Under the pieces are notes generated by a model. It saw only the letters and a program-made list of their open reading frames with translations. It was not told the origin of the DNA and did not search any database. Both the position numbers and the translations under genes were made by a program. This document shows, one piece after another, positions 36,543-46,958 of a DNA stretch of 64,000 nucleotides (within the stretch, counting starts at the first letter, position 1; the number at the start of each line of letters is the position of its first letter). This DNA comes from an uncultured Pseudoflavonifractor sp. (lineage in GTDB: Bacteria > Bacillota > Clostridia > Oscillospirales > Oscillospiraceae): positions 20,793 through 84,792 of the forward strand of contig NZ_CALXGI010000004.1 in assembly GCF_944387805.1 (NCBI RefSeq). The letters are read 5' to 3'.

Positions 36543-37787
36543 TTGAAGAAGTCTCGTAAGCTCCTGGCTCTCATTCTGTCCCTGGCGATGGTCTTTGCAC
36601 TGGCCGCCTGCGGCAACCAGCCGGCCGGCGGAGACACCAACACTCCCGCGCCCTCCGGCAGCCAGCCTGTTGAGGACAGCCAGACCCCGGCTACCGAGCC
36701 CGGCGGCGACACGCCTACCGCCACCGACATCAAGGTGGCTATGATCACCGACTACGGCGACATCACCGACCAGTCCTTCAACCAGACCACCTATGAGGCC
36801 TGCAAGGCCTACTGCGATCCCGCCGGCATCCCCTTTGAGTACTATAAGCCCAACGGCGACTCCACCCCCGAGCGCGTGGCCATGATCGACGCCGCTGTGG
36901 CCGACGGCTACAACGTCATCGTGATGCCCGGTTACGCTTTCGCCGAGGCCATCAAGGAGACCGCCGACACGTACCCCGAGACCACCTTCATCGCCCTGGA
37001 CGTGGGCGAGACCGATCTGAATCCTCTGGACGAGAACGGCAATCCTCCCGCTGATCCCTACGTGGTTCCCTCCAATGTGTACTGCGCCGTGTACCAGGAG
37101 GAGCTGTGCGGCTACATGGCCGGCTACGCCGCTGTGAAGCTGGGCTACACCCACCTGGGCTTCCTGGGCGGCATGGCCGTGCCCGCTGTCCAGCGTTACG
37201 GCTACGGCTACATCCAGGGCGCTGACGCCGCCGCTGCTGAGACCGGCGCTTCCGTCACCCTGGAGTATGTCTACGGCAACCAGTTCTTCGGCGACGCCGA
37301 CATCACCGCTTACATGGACAACTGGTATCAGTCCCTGGGCGTTGAGGTTGTGTTCGCCAGCGGCGGCGGCATCTATACCTCCGCTGCCGAGGCCGCTGCC
37401 AAGGCCGGCGGCAAGGTCATCGGCGTTGACGTGGATCAGGCTGCCATCATCGACAAGTACGGCGAGGGCATGACCGTCACCTCCGCCATGAAGGGCCTGG
37501 CCAACACCACCCAGCACCTGCTGGATGAGGTTGTCAACGGCAACTTCGCCAACTACGGCGGCAAGATCGAGACCCTGGGCCTGGTGTCCGGCGACGATCC
37601 CACCGCCAACTATGTCCAGCTGCCCATGGACTCCACTCAGTGGGGCGACGGCTTTACCCAGGATGACTACAAGGCCCTGGTGAAGGCCATGTTCGACGGC
37701 GAGATCACCGTCTCCAACGACGTGACCATGGAGCCTGCGGCCAATGCTACCACCATCACCGTCAACAGCTACGGCAACATCAAGTAA
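36543..37787 (+). CDS. BMP family (nucleoside) ABC substrate-binding lipoprotein
   Basis: Lipobox LAAC, DQSFNQ, GYMAGYAA, VIGVDVDQ, TSAMK. Confidence 0.92.
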   Translation: MKKSRKLLALILSLAMVFALAACGNQPAGGDTNTPAPSGSQPVEDSQTPATEPGGDTPTATDIKVAMITDYGDITDQSFNQTTYEACKAYCDPAGIPFEYYKPNGDSTPERVAMIDAAVADGYNVIVMPGYAFAEAIKETADTYPETTFIALDVGETDLNPLDENGNPPADPYVVPSNVYCAVYQEELCGYMAGYAAVKLGYTHLGFLGGMAVPAVQRYGYGYIQGADAAAAETGASVTLEYVYGNQFFGDADITAYMDNWYQSLGVEVVFASGGGIYTSAAEAAAKAGGKVIGVDVDQAAIIDKYGEGMTVTSAMKGLANTTQHLLDEVVNGNFANYGGKIETLGLVSGDDPTANYVQLPMDSTQWGDGFTQDDYKALVKAMFDGEITVSNDVTMEPAANATTITVNSYGNIK

Positions 37788-37802
37788 GAAACAGATCCTG
37801 AA

Positions 37803-37835
37803 AAGAGGGCGGGCCAGGTCCCGCCCTCTTTTTTT
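37803..37835 (+). terminator. Terminator after the BMP gene
   Basis: 11-bp stem followed by a T run. Confidence 0.75.
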
Positions 37836-38006
37836 AAGCAGGCCACTGTGCACAAAGGGGTTGCGAATTTTTCCAGAAAATCCGTCAAATTTCCTTGGAA
37901 GAAACCGATGGATATTGTATAATGGTAATGTCAATTAAGCGCAAGGCGGCTTTGCCCTCCGGCAGAGGGCCGGCGCGGAACTATATATGAGGGGGAGGTC
38001 GTCGGC

Positions 38007-39536
38007 TTGGAACAAGCATATGCTATTGAAATGCTGAACATCACCAAGAAGTTTCCCGGCATCATCGCAAACGACAACATTACGCTTCAGTTAAAAAAAG
38101 GAGAAATCCACGCCCTTCTGGGCGAGAACGGCGCGGGCAAGTCCACCCTGATGAGCGTGCTCTTCGGGCTTTATCAGCCGGAGGAGGGCACCATCAAAAA
38201 GGACGGCAAGGTGGTCTCCATCAAGAACCCCAACGACGCCAATGACCTGGGCATCGGCATGGTGCACCAGCACTTCAAGCTGGTGGAGGTGTTCTCCGTT
38301 CTGGACAACATCATCCTGGGCGTGGAGCCCACCAAGGGGCCCTTTCTGAAGAAGGACGCAGCCAGGAAAAAAGTGGTGGCCCTCAGCGAGAAGTACGGGC
38401 TGAAGGTGGACCCGGACGCCATGGTGGAGGACATCACTGTTGGCATGCAGCAGCGCACCGAGATCCTGAAAATGCTCTACCGGGACAACGAAATCCTCAT
38501 CTTCGACGAGCCCACCGCGGTGCTCACCCCTCAGGAGATTGAAGAGCTGATGGAGATCATGCGGGGCCTGCGGGCGGAGGGAAAGAGCATCCTGTTCATC
38601 ACCCACAAGCTCAATGAGATTATGGCAGTGGCCGACCGCTGTACCGTCCTGCGCAAGGGCAGGTACATCGGCACCGTGGACGTGGCCCACACCACCAAGG
38701 AGGAGCTGTCCAAGATGATGGTGGGCCGTGATGTGGAATTCGTGGTCCACAAGGAGCCCGCCAAGCCCGGCGATGTGGTGCTGGATGTGAAGGACCTGAC
38801 CGTAGCATCCAAGATCCACAAGAATAATGCTGTGAAGAACGTATCCTTCCAGGTGCGGGCAGGGGAAATTGTCTGTATCGCCGGCATTGACGGCAACGGC
38901 CAGAGCGAGCTGGTGTACGGCCTGACCGGCATCGAGCCTGTTGTGTCCGGCGCCATCACCCTTAAGGGGCAGGACATCACCCATGCCCCCATCCGCAAAA
39001 GGTCGGTCTCCGGCATCAGCCATATCCCCGAGGACCGGCACAAGTACGGCCTGGTGCTGGACTATACTCTGGAGGACAACATGGTGCTCCAGCGGTACTT
39101 TGAGCCGGAGTTTGTTCAGGCGGGCTTCATGAAGCGGAAGGCCATCCGGGACTACGCCGAGCGGCTTATTGAGGAATACGATATCCGTTCCGGACAGGGG
39201 CCTGTCACCATCGCCCGCAGCATGTCCGGCGGCAACCAGCAGAAGGCCATCGTGGCCCGTGAGATCGACAAAAATCCCGATTTGCTCATCGCCGTTCAGC
39301 CCACCCGCGGCCTGGACGTGGGCGCCATCGAGCACATCCACAGCCAGATCGTGGCCCAGCGGGACGCCGGCAAGGCTGTCCTTCTGGTCAGCCTGGAGCT
39401 GGATGAGGTCATGTCCCTCAGCGACCGGATTCTGGTCATGTATGAGGGCGAGATCGTGGGCGAACTGGACCCCAAGACCACTACGGTGGAAGAAATGGGC
39501 CTGTATATGTCGGGCGCCAAGAGGGAGGGGAAATAA
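38007..39536 (+). CDS. Nucleoside/sugar ABC ATP-binding protein (two NBDs, NupA-like)
   Basis: GENGAGKST, MSGGNQQK. Confidence 0.95.
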   Translation: MEQAYAIEMLNITKKFPGIIANDNITLQLKKGEIHALLGENGAGKSTLMSVLFGLYQPEEGTIKKDGKVVSIKNPNDANDLGIGMVHQHFKLVEVFSVLDNIILGVEPTKGPFLKKDAARKKVVALSEKYGLKVDPDAMVEDITVGMQQRTEILKMLYRDNEILIFDEPTAVLTPQEIEELMEIMRGLRAEGKSILFITHKLNEIMAVADRCTVLRKGRYIGTVDVAHTTKEELSKMMVGRDVEFVVHKEPAKPGDVVLDVKDLTVASKIHKNNAVKNVSFQVRAGEIVCIAGIDGNGQSELVYGLTGIEPVVSGAITLKGQDITHAPIRKRSVSGISHIPEDRHKYGLVLDYTLEDNMVLQRYFEPEFVQAGFMKRKAIRDYAERLIEEYDIRSGQGPVTIARSMSGGNQQKAIVAREIDKNPDLLIAVQPTRGLDVGAIEHIHSQIVAQRDAGKAVLLVSLELDEVMSLSDRILVMYEGEIVGELDPKTTTVEEMGLYMSGAKREGK

Positions 39537-39539
39537 AGG

Positions 39540-40694
39540 ATGAAGCAAGGAAAAAAGTCCGGTTCCATCTGGAAGAACAAAGGCGTTCAGTCGCTGACCG
39601 CCTCGCTGCTGTGCATCCTGATTGGACTGCTGGTGGGCTATATCGTCCTGCTTATTATCAATCCTGCCGGCGCGACGGAAGCCATCAAGACCATTGTGGA
39701 GAACTTCCTCTACTATCCCAGCGCCGCGGCGCGGCTGAAGTATCTGGGCAACACCCTGGTCAAGACCGTGCCCCTGATTATGTGCTCCCTGTCCATCCTG
39801 TTTGCTTATAAGGTGGGCCTGTTCAACATCGGCGCCGCCGGACAGTATGTGGTGGGCGCGGGCGCCAGTCTCTATTGCGCCCTGGCCCTGGGGATGCCCT
39901 GGTATGTGTGCCTCATCGCCGCCATTGTTGCCGGCTGCGTTCTGGGCGGCATCTCCGGCGCCCTGAAGGCCTACTGCAACGTCAACGAGGTTATCTCCTG
40001 CATCATGCTCAACTGGATCAGCCTCTATGCGGTCAACATGCTGCTGGCCGGCGTGAAGGAGGTCGCCAGCCCCTACACCCTGACTCTGGCCAGCACTAAT
40101 AAGGACGCTATTCTGCCCAGCCTGGGTCTGGGGCAGTTCTTCAGCAACAACCAGTATGTGACCATCGCCATCCCCCTGGCAGTGATTATCTCCATCGTGG
40201 TGTGGGTGGTGCTGGAAAAGACCATGTTCGGCTATGAGCTGAAGGCCACCGGCTTCAACAAATTTGCCGCCAAGTACTGCGGCATGAAGGAGAAGCGGAA
40301 CATTATCCTGACCATGGTGATCGCCGGCGGACTGGCTGCCATGGGCGCGGGTATGTTCTACCTCACCGGCTTCGAGCAGTGGCAGACCACCGCCTCCGCG
40401 GTGCCTGCCATGGGCTTCAACGGCATCGCCGCCGCCTTCCTGGGTGGCCTGAACCCCATCGGCGCCATTTTCTCCTCCTACTTTATCCAGCATATCACCA
40501 ACGGCGGCGCCTATGTGGACAAGACCATGTACTCCGCTCAGATTGCCGATTTTATCTCCGCCCTGATCATCTATCTGTGCGGCTTCGTGCTGTTCTTCAA
40601 GAGCTTCATGGACAAGCGGGCCGACCGCAAGGCGGAGGCCAAGGCTCTGGCGGCCAAGCGGGCCGCTGAAAACGGGGAAGGAGGGGACAAGTAA
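39540..40694 (+). CDS. Nucleoside ABC permease
   Basis: GLFNIGAAGQY, NEVISCIMLNW, GFNGIAAAFLG. Confidence 0.92.
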   Translation: MKQGKKSGSIWKNKGVQSLTASLLCILIGLLVGYIVLLIINPAGATEAIKTIVENFLYYPSAAARLKYLGNTLVKTVPLIMCSLSILFAYKVGLFNIGAAGQYVVGAGASLYCALALGMPWYVCLIAAIVAGCVLGGISGALKAYCNVNEVISCIMLNWISLYAVNMLLAGVKEVASPYTLTLASTNKDAILPSLGLGQFFSNNQYVTIAIPLAVIISIVVWVVLEKTMFGYELKATGFNKFAAKYCGMKEKRNIILTMVIAGGLAAMGAGMFYLTGFEQWQTTASAVPAMGFNGIAAAFLGGLNPIGAIFSSYFIQHITNGGAYVDKTMYSAQIADFISALIIYLCGFVLFFKSFMDKRADRKAEAKALAAKRAAENGEGGDK

Positions 40695-41635
40695 TGGTAC
40701 TGCTCATTCAGTATACGCTGATTTTTGCCTCCGTCCTGATCCTGGTGGCGCTGGGCGGCTGCTTCTCGGAGCACTCCGGCGTTATCAACATCGGCCTGGA
40801 GGGCATCATGGTTATGGGCGCCCTGGGCGGCGCGCTGATGATGAAGTTCCTGCCTGCCGGCACCCCTGCGCCGGTGATCATTCTGGCCGTGGTGGTGGCC
40901 GCCATGGGCCTGGGCCTGGTGTACTCCCTGCTGCTGGCCGTGGCCGCCATCAACTTCAAGGCGGACCAGACCCTGGTGGGCACAGCTATGAACCTGCTGG
41001 GCACCGCCGCCGCCACTGTGTTCGTCAAGGCCATGAATACTGCGGAGAACGTGAACAACGTCTCCTCCACCATCCAGTATATTGAGCCCAAGAAGGCCTT
41101 TATCGTCAATATCGCCGGGTTTGAGTTCAACTGGTTCATGCTCCTGGCTGTCATTGCTCTGGTACTGGCCTATGTAACCCTGTACAAGACTCGCTTTGGC
41201 CTGCGGCTTTGCGCCTGCGGCGAGCACCCCCAGGCGGCCGACTCCGTGGGCATCAATGTGTACAAGATGCGCTATGCCGGCGTGCTCATCTCCGGCGTGC
41301 TGGGCGGCCTGGGCGGCATCGTCTATATCACTGCCGGCGTCAGCGAGTGGAAGTTTGAAAACGGCGTGGCCGGCTTCGGCTTCCTGGCTCTGGCCGTTAT
41401 GATCTTCGGCCAGTGGAAACCCACCCGCATTGCCCTGGCCGCTCTGGTGTTCGGCCTGTTCCGCGCCCTGGGCAACGTGTACACCGGCTTCGACTTCCTG
41501 GCTGCCCTCAATCTGCCCAGCGGTGTGTACAACATGCTGCCCTATATCATCTCTCTGGTCATCCTGGCCTTCACCTCCGGCAAGTCCCGGGCGCCCAAGG
41601 CTGAGGGTATCCCCTACGACAAGGGACAACGCTGA
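40694..41635 (+). CDS. Nucleoside ABC permease
   Basis: EHSGVINIGLEG, GEHPQAADSVGINV, GFLALAVMIFGQW. Confidence 0.92.
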   Translation: MVLLIQYTLIFASVLILVALGGCFSEHSGVINIGLEGIMVMGALGGALMMKFLPAGTPAPVIILAVVVAAMGLGLVYSLLLAVAAINFKADQTLVGTAMNLLGTAAATVFVKAMNTAENVNNVSSTIQYIEPKKAFIVNIAGFEFNWFMLLAVIALVLAYVTLYKTRFGLRLCACGEHPQAADSVGINVYKMRYAGVLISGVLGGLGGIVYITAGVSEWKFENGVAGFGFLALAVMIFGQWKPTRIALAALVFGLFRALGNVYTGFDFLAALNLPSGVYNMLPYIISLVILAFTSGKSRAPKAEGIPYDKGQR

Positions 41636-41768
41636 CCTTCCTGTTATAAGAGCTGCCTTCCAAAGAGGACCGCTGCCCATCCGGGCGGCGGTCCTCTTTG
41701 GCCGGCCCCGCATGGGGCGGCCTGCGTGGAGGGCGGAGCGCTGTTTTAAGAAATCCGCCTGCGAAAGG

Positions 41769-41812
41769 TTGACATCCATATGTGATGCGCATACAATAGT
41801 TGCGCGCACAAC
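41769..41812 (+). promoter_or_regulatory. SigA promoter (TTGACA-N17-TACAAT) with a downstream palindrome GTTGCGCGCACAAC, likely MarR operator
   Basis: -35 at 41769-41774, -10 at 41792-41797, palindrome at 41799-41812. Confidence 0.75.
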
Positions 41813-41844
41813 AATAAGAACTGCAACTGAGGAGGCGACGGCAC

Positions 41845-43581
41845 GTGCTTCTGCGGATTTTTTCCTATCTGAAGCCCTACCGGAAACACACCATACTGGC
41901 AATACTCTGCATTGCGGTGGAGGCGGCCTTTGAGCTGATCATCCCCTTCCTGATGGCGGACATTGTAGATGTAGGCGTCAAAAATGGGGATACTGCGTAC
42001 ATTTTCGCCCGGGGCGTCATGATGGCAGTCTGCGCCCTGCTGGCGCTGATGTTCGGCGCGGGCAGCGCCCGTTTTTCCGCCGTTTGCGGACAGGGCTTGG
42101 GCGCAGAGCTGCGGAAGGAGGAGTACCGCAAAATTCAGGCTTTTTCCTTTGCAAATACGGACCGGTTCCAGACCTCTTCCCTGGTTACACGGCTTACCAG
42201 CGACGTGACCGCCGTGCAGAACGCAGTAGCCACCGGCCTGCGGCCTGCTGTCCGATCTCCCATTATGATGATTATGGCCCTGGGATTGTCCTTTACCATG
42301 AGCCCCAGGCTTGCGGTGGTGTTCCTTGTGGCGGCGCCCCTGCTGGCTATCCTGCTGTGGCAGATTATCAAGCGGGTGCGGCCCATGTACGGCAAGATGC
42401 AGGGCGCTCTGGACCAGGTCAACCGGATTATCCAGGAGAACCTGACCGCCATCCGGGTGGTGAAGGCCTGCGTCCGTGGGGAGTACGAGGTGGAGAAGTT
42501 CGAGGAGGTCAACAAGAACCTGCGGGACACCTCTGAGCACGCCTTCCGGCTGGCGGCCCTGAACATGCCTGCCATGCAGCTCATTATGTACGGCACCATC
42601 CTGGCCATCCTCTGGTTCGGCGGGCAGCTGACCATGGTGGGGGGCATGGAGGTGGGCGACCTGACCGGTTTTCTCAGCTATGTGCTCCAGGTGCTCAACT
42701 CTCTGATGATGCTCTCGTCCGTGTTCCTCATGCTCACCCGGTCTCTGGCCTCCTGCCGCCGGATTCTGGAGGTTATGGACGAGAAAATCGATATCACCGA
42801 GACCCCTGGCGTCACCGATCCAAACGCCAGGGTTGAGCGGGGCGATATTGTGTTTGACGACGTGTCCTTCCGCTACCGGGCGGGGGCGGGGGAGAATGTG
42901 CTGGACCATGTGTCCTTCCACATCAAGGCGGGGCAGACGGTGGGCATTCTGGGCCAGACCGGATCGGCCAAGTCCACCCTGGTCCAGCTCATCCCCCGGC
43001 TGTATGATGTCACCGGCGGCGCGGTATATGTGGATGGCAGGAACGTGAAGGAGTACCCCCTGGAGCACCTGAGGGACGCCATCGCCATGGTGCTCCAGAA
43101 GAACACCCTCTTCTCCGGCACGGTGAAGGACAACCTCCGCTGGGGCAACGAACACGCCACCGACGGGGAAATTGACGAGGCCTGCCGCATCGCCTGCGTA
43201 GACGAGTTTATCGACAGGCTCCAGAATGGGTATGACACAGAACTGGGTCAGGGCGGAGTCAACGTGTCCGGCGGGCAGAAGCAGCGGCTGTGCATCGCCC
43301 GGGCCATTTTGAAAAAGCCCAGGGTGCTCATTTTGGATGACTCCACCTCCGCTGTGGACACAGCCACTGAGGCCAAAATCCGCCAGGGCCTCTCCCAGGG
43401 CCTGCCCGGCGCCACCAAGATTATCATCGCCCAGCGGGTGACCTCTGTCCAGGAGGCAGACCAAATCCTCATCCTGGAGGACGGGAAGATCAGCGCCGTA
43501 GGCACCCATGAGAGCCTGATGGCCTCCAACCCCTTCTACCAGGGGCTCTATCAGTCTCAACAGAAAGGAGCGCTGGAATAA
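41845..43581 (+). CDS. ABC exporter ATP-binding/permease subunit
   Basis: GQTGSAKST, VSGGQKQR, LILDD; paralog of 646-2379. Confidence 0.93.
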   Translation: MLLRIFSYLKPYRKHTILAILCIAVEAAFELIIPFLMADIVDVGVKNGDTAYIFARGVMMAVCALLALMFGAGSARFSAVCGQGLGAELRKEEYRKIQAFSFANTDRFQTSSLVTRLTSDVTAVQNAVATGLRPAVRSPIMMIMALGLSFTMSPRLAVVFLVAAPLLAILLWQIIKRVRPMYGKMQGALDQVNRIIQENLTAIRVVKACVRGEYEVEKFEEVNKNLRDTSEHAFRLAALNMPAMQLIMYGTILAILWFGGQLTMVGGMEVGDLTGFLSYVLQVLNSLMMLSSVFLMLTRSLASCRRILEVMDEKIDITETPGVTDPNARVERGDIVFDDVSFRYRAGAGENVLDHVSFHIKAGQTVGILGQTGSAKSTLVQLIPRLYDVTGGAVYVDGRNVKEYPLEHLRDAIAMVLQKNTLFSGTVKDNLRWGNEHATDGEIDEACRIACVDEFIDRLQNGYDTELGQGGVNVSGGQKQRLCIARAILKKPRVLILDDSTSAVDTATEAKIRQGLSQGLPGATKIIIAQRVTSVQEADQILILEDGKISAVGTHESLMASNPFYQGLYQSQQKGALE

Positions 43582-45434
43582 TGGCTGCAATGATAAGAGG
43601 CCGGGGGCCCAAGGACACCAAAAAGACCGTGCTCCAGCTCGTGCGCTACCTGGGACGGCACAAGCTGGCCCTTGTTGCCGTTGCCGTAATGGTATTTATC
43701 GGAAGCGGCGCCAATATCTTTGGTACCTATCTGCTCAAGCCGGTCATCAACCAGTATGTGCTGCCCGGGGACGTGCAGGGCCTGATGGTGATGCTGCTGC
43801 TCATGGGGCTGATGTACCTGTCGGGGGCCGCCGCCACCTGGGGATACAACCAGCTCATGGCTCACACTGCCCAGCAGGTGGTGGCGGAGATCCGCTCCGA
43901 TCTGTTTGCGCATGTCCAGACCCTGCCCCTGCGGTACTTTGACACCCACACCCACGGCGAGCTCATGAGCCGTTTTACCAACGACGTGGATACCCTCACC
44001 AACATGCTCAACAACTCCTTTGCCATGCTGATTCAGAGCGCTATCATGGTGGTGGGCACGATTACCATGCTGCTGGTGCTCAATGTTTGGCTGTCCCTTA
44101 TCGTGGTGGCCTTTCTGGCGGCCATGGCCCTGTTTATCCGGTGGAACGGCAAGCGCAGCCGCCGGTATTACAACGAGCAGCAGGCCCGGCTGGGCGACCT
44201 GAACGGCTTCATTGAGGAGATGGTGTCCGGCCAGAAGGTGGAGAAGGTGTTCAACCATGAGCCCCAGGACTTTGAGACCTTCTGCCGCAAGAACGAGGAC
44301 CTGCGGAAGGCGGCCACCAAGGCCGTCAACTACGCGGGCATGACCGTGCCCACAGTGGTGAGCCTGTCCTATTTCAACTACGCCGTGTCCGCCTGCGTGG
44401 GAGGCATGTTCGTCCTGTCCGGCCTGATGGATCTGGGCAGTCTGTCGGCCTATCTGGTGTACGTCCGGCAGAGCGCTATGCCCATGAACCAGTTTACCCA
44501 GCAGGTCAACTTTATCATGGCTGCCCTGTCCGGCGCGGAACGGATTTTTGAGATGATGGAGGAGCAGCCCGAGGTGGACGAGGGCAAGGTAACCCTGTGC
44601 CGCGCCCGGGAGAACAGGGACGGAACCTTCACCGAGGACTCCGCCGGAATCTACGCCTGGCGGGTGCCCCAGACTGATGGTACCGCCAAACTGGTGCCCC
44701 TCCGGGGAGACGTGCGGTTCCACAACGTGGTGTTCGGTTACAACAGCAAAAAGACGATCCTCCACGGCATTGATCTCTTCGCCAAGCCAGGACAGAAGAT
44801 CGCCTTTGTGGGCTCCACCGGAGCGGGCAAGACCACCATCATCAACCTGATCAACCGGTTCTATGAGCTCAGCGAGGGCACCATTACCTACGACGGCATC
44901 GACCTGCGGGACATCCGCAAGGACGATCTGCGGCGCTCTATGGCCATGGTCATTCAGGACGCCCACCTCTTCACCGGCACCATTCTGGAGAACATCAGGT
45001 ACGGCAGGCTGGACGCCACCGACGAGGAGGTGAAGGAGGCGGCCAGGCTGGCCAACGCCGACTCCTTCATCCGCCGCCTGCCCGACGGGTACGATACCAT
45101 GCTCACCTCTGACGGCGCCAACCTGTCCCAGGGCCAGCGCCAGCTGCTCACCATCGCCCGGGCTGCCGTGGCCCAGCCGCCGGTGCTGGTGCTGGATGAG
45201 GCCACCAGTTCGGTGGATACCCGCACTGAGCAGCTCATCGAGCAGGGCATGGACCAACTCATGGAGGGGCGCACCGTGTTCGTCATTGCCCACCGGCTCT
45301 CCACCGTCCGAAATGCCCAGGCCATCCTGGTGCTGGAGCAGGGACGGATCATCGAGCGGGGCAGTCATGAGGGGCTGTTGGCCCAGAAGGGGCGGTATTA
45401 TCAGCTCTACACCGGCCAGTTCGAGCTGGAATAA
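43581..45434 (+). CDS. ABC exporter ATP-binding/permease subunit
   Basis: GSTGAGKTT, LSQGQRQ, LDEATS; paralog of 1-653. Confidence 0.93.
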   Translation: MAAMIRGRGPKDTKKTVLQLVRYLGRHKLALVAVAVMVFIGSGANIFGTYLLKPVINQYVLPGDVQGLMVMLLLMGLMYLSGAAATWGYNQLMAHTAQQVVAEIRSDLFAHVQTLPLRYFDTHTHGELMSRFTNDVDTLTNMLNNSFAMLIQSAIMVVGTITMLLVLNVWLSLIVVAFLAAMALFIRWNGKRSRRYYNEQQARLGDLNGFIEEMVSGQKVEKVFNHEPQDFETFCRKNEDLRKAATKAVNYAGMTVPTVVSLSYFNYAVSACVGGMFVLSGLMDLGSLSAYLVYVRQSAMPMNQFTQQVNFIMAALSGAERIFEMMEEQPEVDEGKVTLCRARENRDGTFTEDSAGIYAWRVPQTDGTAKLVPLRGDVRFHNVVFGYNSKKTILHGIDLFAKPGQKIAFVGSTGAGKTTIINLINRFYELSEGTITYDGIDLRDIRKDDLRRSMAMVIQDAHLFTGTILENIRYGRLDATDEEVKEAARLANADSFIRRLPDGYDTMLTSDGANLSQGQRQLLTIARAAVAQPPVLVLDEATSSVDTRTEQLIEQGMDQLMEGRTVFVIAHRLSTVRNAQAILVLEQGRIIERGSHEGLLAQKGRYYQLYTGQFELE

Positions 45435-45449
45435 AGGGGGAAAAGGCCA

Positions 45450-45905
45450 ATGGAAAAGCATGAACTTCGGGCGGTGCTGTTCCAGCTGGAGCTGGACCGC
45501 CGGAGGCTGCTCCAGCCCTGGTTTTCCGGCCTGGGGCTCACCCTGGGCCAGGGGCAGCCGCGGATTCTCGCCCGCCTTCTTCAGGGGGACGGCCTGACAC
45601 AGCGGGAACTGGCCGACGCCTGCACCCTGGACGCAGCCACTCTCTCCCGGGCCCTGGACCGGCTGGAGGAGACGGGACTTATCCGCCGGGTGGAGAATCC
45701 GGGCAGCCGCCGCTCCTATCTGGTCCGGCTGACTGATGCCGGACGGGAGAAGGCCGTACAGGTACAGCGGGGCTTCGATAAGGTGGACGAACTGCTCTGC
45801 CAGGGATTTGCCGGGGAGGAGCTGGACCGGATTCAGGCAGACCTGGGGCGCCTGAAGGCCAATCTGGAACAGTGCGAGACCTTGTTCGGGGGAAAATCCA
45901 CCTGA
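45450..45905 (+). CDS. MarR family regulator
   Basis: LTQRELADACTLDAATLSRALDRLEETGLIRR...SRRSYLVRLT. Confidence 0.92.
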   Translation: MEKHELRAVLFQLELDRRRLLQPWFSGLGLTLGQGQPRILARLLQGDGLTQRELADACTLDAATLSRALDRLEETGLIRRVENPGSRRSYLVRLTDAGREKAVQVQRGFDKVDELLCQGFAGEELDRIQADLGRLKANLEQCETLFGGKST

Positions 45906-45920
45906 CAAGTAGGAAACTAT

Positions 45921-45997
45921 TTTACAAAATGTGCAAACAGCGGTATAATAAAGCCTGCCGGACTTGCGGAAAAGCGCGGTCCGGCAGGTATTTTATT
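45921..45997 (+). promoter_or_regulatory. SigA promoter TTTACA-N17-TATAAT followed immediately by a terminator-like hairpin
   Basis: -35 at 45921-45926, -10 at 45944-45949; stem 45954-45963/45979-45988 then TATTTTATT. Confidence 0.55.
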
Positions 45998-46010
45998 GGC
46001 GAGGTATTTT

Positions 46011-46958
46011 ATGAAGAAACTCATCCCCCTGTTCCTGAGCCTGGCACTGCTGCTGTCCGGCTGCGGCCCGGCCTCCGCCCCGGCGGAGGAGGACAACACC
46101 CTGACTGTGGCGGCCATGACCTACCCCATTTATCTCTTCACCAGCCGGGTAATTGAGGGCGCGGAAGGGGTGGAGACCCAGGCTGTCATCAACCAGCCCA
46201 TGAGCTGTCTCCACGACTACACCCTGAGCGTCAACGATATGAAGGCTATCCAGGGCGCAGATTTGCTGCTGCTCAACGGCGTGGGCCTGGAGGACGCCAT
46301 GTCCGCTGCCATTGAGTCCAGCGGCGTGCCCACAGTGGACTGCTCGGAGGGCGTGTCCCTCCTCCACTACGGCGAGAGCGCTGAGGAGCACGCAGAGCAC
46401 GACGGCGGGGAGGACCACGACGGACACGACCACGGCGAGTACGACCCCCACATCTGGATGGACCCGGCCCGGGCCGCCGTAATGGTGGAGAACATCGCCG
46501 CCGCCCTGTCCCAGGCCGACCCGGACAACGCCCAGCTGTACGCGGACAACGCCGCGGCCTACGCCGCCGAGCTGACCGCTCTGAAGGATGAGCTGCGGGA
46601 CAGACTCTCCGGCCTGGAGCCCAGGGAGCTCATCACCTTCCACGAGGGCTTCGGCTACTTTGCCGACGCCATGGGCCTGACGGTGGTCAAGGCCATTGAG
46701 GAGGAGGCGGGCAGCGAGGCCAGCGCCAAGGAGCTGGTGGAAATTGTGGATCTGATTGAGGAATACCGGCTGCCCGCCATCTTTACCGAGGCCAACGGCT
46801 CCGACGCCACCGCCAACGCGGTGTCCCGGGAGACAGGGGTCAGGGTGGAGCAGCTGACCATGCTGATGAGCGCCGAGGCGGTGCCCGCGGACAGCGCCGA
46901 CCCCTACCGGGCCGGGCTGGAGCAGAATGTCAACGCAATCCTGGAGGCCTATGAATGA
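46011..46958 (+). CDS. Metal (Zn-type) ABC substrate-binding lipoprotein, ZnuA/TroA family
   Basis: Lipobox LSGC, CLHDY, His-rich loop HAEHDGGEDHDGHDH, DPHIW, TFHEGFGYF. Confidence 0.92.
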   Translation: MKKLIPLFLSLALLLSGCGPASAPAEEDNTLTVAAMTYPIYLFTSRVIEGAEGVETQAVINQPMSCLHDYTLSVNDMKAIQGADLLLLNGVGLEDAMSAAIESSGVPTVDCSEGVSLLHYGESAEEHAEHDGGEDHDGHDHGEYDPHIWMDPARAAVMVENIAAALSQADPDNAQLYADNAAAYAAELTALKDELRDRLSGLEPRELITFHEGFGYFADAMGLTVVKAIEEEAGSEASAKELVEIVDLIEEYRLPAIFTEANGSDATANAVSRETGVRVEQLTMLMSAEAVPADSADPYRAGLEQNVNAILEAYE

